Assembly (NCBI GenBank): GCA_964016885.1
Contig: OZ024741.1
Coordinates: forward strand, 14,198,001-14,262,000
Length of the DNA: 64,000 nt
Reading direction: 5' to 3'
From: Eledone cirrhosa
Taxonomy: Eukaryota
Part shown: piece after piece, positions 58,157-64,000 of the stretch
Layout of the letters: each line of letters starts with the position of its first letter
How positions within the stretch are numbered: position 1 is the first letter of the stretch
Notes under the pieces: model-generated
Told to the model about the DNA's origin: nothing
The model's database searches: none
The model's input: only the letters and a program-made list of their open reading frames with translations
Program-made: the position numbers and the translations under genes

Positions 58157-61100
58157 CTACAGAACAATGTAGAGAGAAGGCCCATTTACACGGGCCATTC
58201 TCGCTTCTTTCACCCACCTTTCATAAAACTGTCTGGGGCCAAGCACTTCTCTCTCCATCCTGATCCTTCTTCCGAAGTGGTATCGGAAGAAGTAAACCAG
58301 GTGATGGCCGGAGAGAAAGTCACCCGACCTCAGACCTTTCAGGCGCGTCCACCACACAACCTCTTTCATCATGGCTATTACGCACAGAAAGACCGCCTCT
58401 GCTTCATTTCTGAAGGGAGGAGGCGGCTTGATGTTCACCACAGACTCGGCGGTTAATCGAATCGGCGCCACACGCGACAGCAGTCGTTCGACGTAGCCCC
58501 ACAGATCGGCAACGCCCGGGCAGTGTACCAGTGCATGCGCAACGGTTTCCTCGTCGCGCACGCATCTGGGGCAGATCTTTTTCGCGGGATCCCTGCCCGG
58601 GCGCCCGTGTCTGTAGAGCTTTTCTCGAACGGGCAGAGCCCCTCGGTAACACTGCCAGGCTAGGGACCTCTGGAAGTTGTCCATGGGTCCCGGGCCGAAA
58701 GTTCTACCGAACAGGCTGGCCAGTTCGTCCTCCTCCATGCCTAGCGACTCTCCAAGGGTGTCGTCGCCCTTGCTAGCCACCAACCCTCTATAGAATGTCG
58801 AGGTGGATTCTCCACTGATAGTCGGGTCCGCTTGCCAGATAGCCGTGAGCGCCTGGGCACACTCGGTGTGCCAGTTGCCCAGTTTTCTCGGTCTTTGCTT
58901 CACCCAGGATTGCAGTTCGGTGAGCGAGACGAGCTGTGGGAAGGCTCGCCTCACAAACGGGGCCCACACCGGCTGACCGTTGAGGAATACCTGTAGATGC
59001 CGTAGCCTCAATGCGTGCCTACGCATCAACAGCCACGGCATACCCAGCCCTCCTTTCGAAGGGTGCTGGCAGCAGATGGATCTCCTCACCATGGGAGGCC
59101 GCTTCTTCCAGAGGAACTGGAAGAGCATGCGTTCCATGATGGTGAGCTTTTCCTTGGGGCAAGGCACGACGGTCAGGCGGTAGTAGATGACGGACGCTAT
59201 GTAAGCGCTCGTCACCTCCGCCCGACCTTTCAGTGATAGTTTGCACTTGGCCCACTTCTGGGTCAGCGCAAACACCCTGCTCGTCACCTCGCCCCAATTC
59301 TTCTCCACCTGGAGGTCCGGTCCGAACCAGACCCCGAGCAGCTTCACCGGGCCCTCCGTCCACCGCCCGACGACACCGTCTAACGGCATCGGTTTGCCCC
59401 TCCACGTTCCGAGTTGCAAACCGACTGACTTGTCCTGGTTCAGCCTAGCCCCCGTCAGCCTTTCCTCCAGTAGGGTGACGATCGCCCCGATTTCCGAGGC
59501 GTCCGCCACCATTACTGTTACGTCGTCGGCATAGGCCGAGACCGCTTTGTGCAATCCCGGTTCCAGGGGTATGCCCCGCAGCAACTCCAACTTCCGCAGC
59601 AGTGGCTCGAGAGTCAATACGTACAGAAGGGAGGAGAGGGGGCACTCCCTGTCTGATGGACCGGGTGATTTGAAACGGCTCCGAGAGGTAGCCGTTTACT
59701 TTAATCCTAGAGTAGATGTTGCCACTGTGCATGGCAGAAATCCAGCCCCTGAAAACGGGTCCGAAGCCCGCCGCCGCTAGCACCGCATCCAGGTAACCAT
59801 GGTCGACCCTATCGAACGCCTTAGATTGATCCAAGTTGATCAGGGCCCCACCAAAGCCGGGTTCGTAGCCAACCCTCTCTATGATGTATCGCATGAGGTG
59901 GAGGTTGTCGTGAATGGACCTGGACGGGATAGCGCATGTCTGCGCGTCTCCCACCAAACCACCCACCACAAGCGCCAACCTCTTCGCCAACACCTTGGCC
60001 AAAATCTGTAACTCTGCATTCAGCAGAGTTATGGGCCTAAAGTTACTTAAGTCGTCCCCCTTGCTCTCGTCCTTCCTCACTAGCGTGACCACGCCCTTGG
60101 TCACAGAACAGGGAATTCTCCCGTTCTGTTGCCAGTTGCAATAGACAGCCTCGAGGAGTTCGGAGAACAAGACCGGCATAGCTAAATAAAGTTCGTATGG
60201 TAGACCATCGAGACCCGGGGATTTGCGTCTGCTGCATTGGCTGAGCGCTTCCCCGATTTCAGTGGCTGTGATTGGCCTTTCGCAGCACTCCGCTTCGCCG
60301 CTCGAAAGACGCGGTAGACCGTCGAGGTATGGACCGAAGTCCACATCCCCGTCCGGCCCCCCGCCACCTCCGAACAGTCGAGCAAAGTGCCTTTGAAAGG
60401 CCTCGCACATTCGCTCAGGTTCAAGGATCACCCGTCCATCCTGGTCTCGCAAAGACCGAATGGTGGATTTAATCCCACTCTTAGCTTCTGTCACGCGGGC
60501 CCAGCTAACAGCTTTGGTCCCCTCGTTTCCTAAAGCACGTATTTTACTTCGGACAACGCAGCCTTCGTGCTTCGCGTCAAAGAACTGGCTCAACACCGTT
60601 CTCGCCGCTAACACTCTGGCTACGTCTCCGCTCCTAATCGCCTCTTCTAGTTTATCTGTTAACTCCCTTTCCATCCTATTTCTATTCGCCGCTAGTTCCT
60701 TACTGTAACCTATCGAACTTACTCTAATCTCTCTCTTTAGAGATACCCACCACCTACTGTTGACGATCGCTCCCGTCAACCGCATCTTAACTAAGCTACT
60801 AATCCGGTTTCTGTAATCTTTCTTTGTCGGCAAGGACAAGTTCATCTTCCAGTAACCGGGACCCTGTCTATGCGTTCTATCAAGGTTGACCACGCAGGTC
60901 ACTAATTTGTGATTTGAATAGCCAACCATGATCAGTTCTGGACAACTAAATACGTCCCTATCCTTACTCCTAACCAAAAACCTATCTAGGTACGATCTAG
61001 ATTGTCCACTGCGGTTTGCCCAGGTCCAGGTTGGCGCAGTTGGACAATCTAGTCGAAATCTATCGACCAGGTCGAATCGATCGAGTAACCCCTTGAGGCT

Positions 61101-61594
61101 GCTACACCCCCCTCTATCGGGACATGCCCCTGCATAGTCCCAACGCGCATCTAGGATTCCATTCCAGTCCCCCACTAAAAGCAGGGAACGCGACGTTCCT
61201 AGAAAAGTCTCCAGACGCTGGAAGAAGTCGGCTCTTTCCGCCCCGAAGGGAGCATAAAGACCGACCAGTCTGAAAGCCCCGCCTTCACCGCCTCCGACGT
61301 CCAGCACCAGTAATCGACCCCCCCGGGTCCGAGTGAACAATCTTTACGTCGAGAGTCAGACGTTTATCCAGCAGTACGGCAACTCCCCCCCCCCCCGCCT
61401 CCGGGTTGACAGAGAGATGCGTGCATCTCAAAGTCATCGAAGGCGGGCGCCAGCTGTCTCACGCTGCTGATCCGACTCTCGCAAACAACCATCACATCTA
61501 TACTTTGTGACCTGAGGTCACTTAGAAACTTTGCTTGCTTCCAAGTTGAGCCCAGGCCACGCGCGTTCAAACAGCCAACTCTCAATTGATCTAT
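58157..61594 (-). pseudogene. LINE ORF2 (APE + RT + zinc finger), frameshifted
   Basis: ORF pieces 61364-61585, 59445-61340 and 58157-59617 carry GDWN, SYLDR, DQSKAFDRV, YADD and CPRC..H...C. The start codon appears mutated to ATA. Confidence 0.93.
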
Positions 61595-63441
61595 TTTGGT
61601 GTTGAAAGTGAAGAAAGAAAAGCACCTACCTCTCCGGGTTGCGTAATTTCCATGGCATCAGGTGTGTTGGGTGGAGGGATGTTTTGTGGTGGTGTGGGGG
61701 TACACGTGTGTGGTGGGGTATTTGGAGTTGTGTCAGGGAGAGGGGCGGTTATGGGGAAATCTTTCAAGAGGACGCGATTCAACGGTTTTAAACAGGGGGG
61801 CACACGTCCCGTCTAAATTGTTCTTTTAAGGAACGATAAAGGTCCAGAGGGACCTTTATCATTTTTAAATGGGTGAAGTTCTCTGTTGAGATAAAGTTTG
61901 GCCCTTCGGTCTGCACCATAGGGTTATTGTTTATTAATTTAACCAGTTTTTTGTTTTCTTTATTTATATATGTGTATTGCAACGTCTTTTTTTGTGATGC
62001 TGTCAATGTTTCGGAGAGGGGAGGCGCAGATTTATTTTTGTTTGTTGAGGGTGGGGTGTTTTTGATTGAAGTTGGTGTTTGTGTGTGGGTTATTTGTGGT
62101 GTGCTGGGTGTGTGTTTTCTTTTTTTTCTTTTAACTTGTCTGAAGGCTTCTCCTCCTTCTTCTTCAGAAGTTGGGGGAAACTCTTCAGCGCTAGGTGGGA
62201 GGGACGTGTTGTGTGGTTGTTTTTTTTTTGCGGGAGGGGTAGATTTGTTACTGTTTTTTTTATTATTTGTTTGGAATGGGTTTTGTGGTGGTGGTGGTGC
62301 TGTTTGTGTCGTGCTTGTGGTTGGTGATGGTGGTGGTGATGTTTGTGTTGTGGTTGGTGGTAGTGATTTTTGTGTCGTGCTTGTGTTTGGTGCTGGTGGT
62401 GGTGATGTTTGTGTTGTGTTTGTGGTTGGTGGTGTCTGTATTTTGTTTGCTGTGTGTGGTATTAGTGTATTTTTGGAGGTGGGTGGTGTTGGTGTACTGT
62501 TTGTGGTGGGTGTGGGCAATAGTCCTTTTTGGGGGATACGTTTCGGGCAGTTAGCCTTAACGTGTCCCCTTTCCATGCATAAATAGCATGCTGGTCTTCT
62601 CCCCTCTACAATTATGTCTATTGGGGTAAGGTCATCCAGCCAGATGCGATCTGGGATTTGTGCTATTCTTTCGGGCCTCATTTGGACTAGTATGTCGAGG
62701 CCCATTCCCAGGAACGCATCTCCAGTTGCCTTCCCCATTGACAGCATTGTGTCTTCGCCCATGTCTATGAAGCCAGCAATAGCCCACCAGAAGTCCATTG
62801 TGGGCAGCATTGTTTTTACTTTTACTCTCTGTGTTCTTCTACCCATGTAGGAGGGATAGAAGCTGTATGTTGTCGATGAGTGGGCTTAGGGAAAGCTTCT
62901 CCGCCGTTTCCTTGTCTCTTGTTAGGACCGAAATGCTGCCATAGAGTCGGTCTTTTCGTATGAAGAGAATATTCTTCATATAGTCTTTTAGGACCAACTC
63001 TATTTCCATTTGGCTGGGCTGTGCTGGCTTTCTTGTCTGGTTCAGTATAGTTCTGAAGAGAACTGTGCTTTCTGTTCTGGCTTTCTTGAATTCTGGGGGG
63101 GAGTTAATGGAAAACATTCCGTTCTCCCCCAAGACTATTTGTTTTTTCGCTTCGGCCAGTTTTTCTCTGGCGGCAGTTAAGTCAATTGGTGTGTATGTAA
63201 TGGATTGTTTTGTTTTCTGGGCGAAAGTTGCCCTGTTGTTATTTGTATTATTTTCTGTTTGTTTGTTTTCCGTTTGCTCATTTTCCTTAACATTTGTTTT
63301 TTCATTTTCCTTGTTTGTTTCGTTGTCTAATTTTGTTGTAATTATTTTTTGTTCTTCAGACTTGGGGGGCGTGGCAGAGCTAATGGCAGACATGTCTGCC
63401 ATTTTTTCCGCCATGCTGCCAAGAAAGAAATTTTTCGGCAA
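61591..63441 (-). pseudogene. LINE ORF1 (gag-like, CCHC zinc knuckle, Pro/Thr-rich C-terminus), frameshifted
   Basis: CYLCMERGHVKANC (CX2CX4HX4C) preceded by VEGRRPA. Three ORF pieces lie directly upstream of ORF2. Confidence 0.85.
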
Positions 63442-63715
63442 AAAAATAGATATTTATTTTACCCCCTAAAAAGGGGGTAAATGCAAAAATGTTTCCCTAA
63501 ATAACAGGGGTTAGTGTTCCAAATGTGTTGCACTGAAAAATTTATCCGGTACTTACAATAGTAAGGGTAAATCCTGATGCAATAGCGGAGCCGATGTGAA
63601 GCGTGTCTTACTCTATCAAGATAGATAGATAGATATATATATATAGAGAGAGAGAGAGAGAGGAGATATAGAGGAAGAATCGACCCCAGTACTAGACTGG
63701 TACATTTTTAATCGA

Positions 63716-63868
63716 CCTCTCTCTCTTTCTGTCTCTCTCTCTCTATCTCACACACACACACACGCACACACACTCTCTCTCTCCCTCTCTCTCACACACA
63801 CACACACACACTCTCTCTCTCTCACACACACACACTCTCTCTCTCTCTCTCCCTCTCTCTCACACACA

Positions 63869-63917
<49 letters not shown>

Positions 63918-64000
63918 TCTCTCTCTCTCCCTCTCTCTCACACACACACTCTCTCTCTCTCTCTCTCTCTCACACACACTCTCTCTCTCTCTCACACACA
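63716..64000. repeat. (CT)n/(CA)n compound microsatellite
   Basis: Direct inspection. Confidence 0.95.

Larger units (their letters stand above)
57925..63617 (-). mobile_element. Near full-length L1/Tx1-type LINE flanked by (GATA)n
   Basis: 5' UTR, ORF1, ORF2 and a 3' AATAAATAGAAA end. The direct repeat aagatagatagata occurs at 57911-57924 and 63618-63631. Confidence 0.94.

Noticed and set aside
61364-61810. Programmed frameshifting in the LINE ORFs
   Set aside because: The breaks lie at or near C/G homopolymers and differ between the two copies, so mutation or sequencing error explains them better.

Overview
Repeat-saturated, AT-rich eukaryotic (animal) DNA. The tRNA-derived SINEs and the microsatellite load resemble octopus or other cephalopod genomes (inference). 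No host protein-coding gene is supported, and almost all ORF-track entries are repeat artefacts. Contents: an apparently uninterrupted Penelope-like element (PLE) RT ORF running off the left edge; two L1/Tx1-type LINEs (one lacking its 5' part, one near full-length) plus decayed fragments; SINEs; Helitron-like elements; a piggyBac-like MITE; and a ~26 kb array of a 21-bp satellite. Two results stand out. (1) Both flanks of the 26-kb satellite are collinear pieces of one decayed Tx1/L1 ORF2, and the unit continues that ORF's reading frame, so the array appears to have arisen inside a LINE. (2) About 15 minimal hammerhead ribozyme (HHR) motifs from several unrelated families occur, including a U3:A8 covariant core. 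Most lie in long fold-back (inverted) repeats next to (TA)n tracts, consistent with PLE pseudo-LTR-derived hairpin elements. All alignments and folds were done by eye, so boundaries are approximate.
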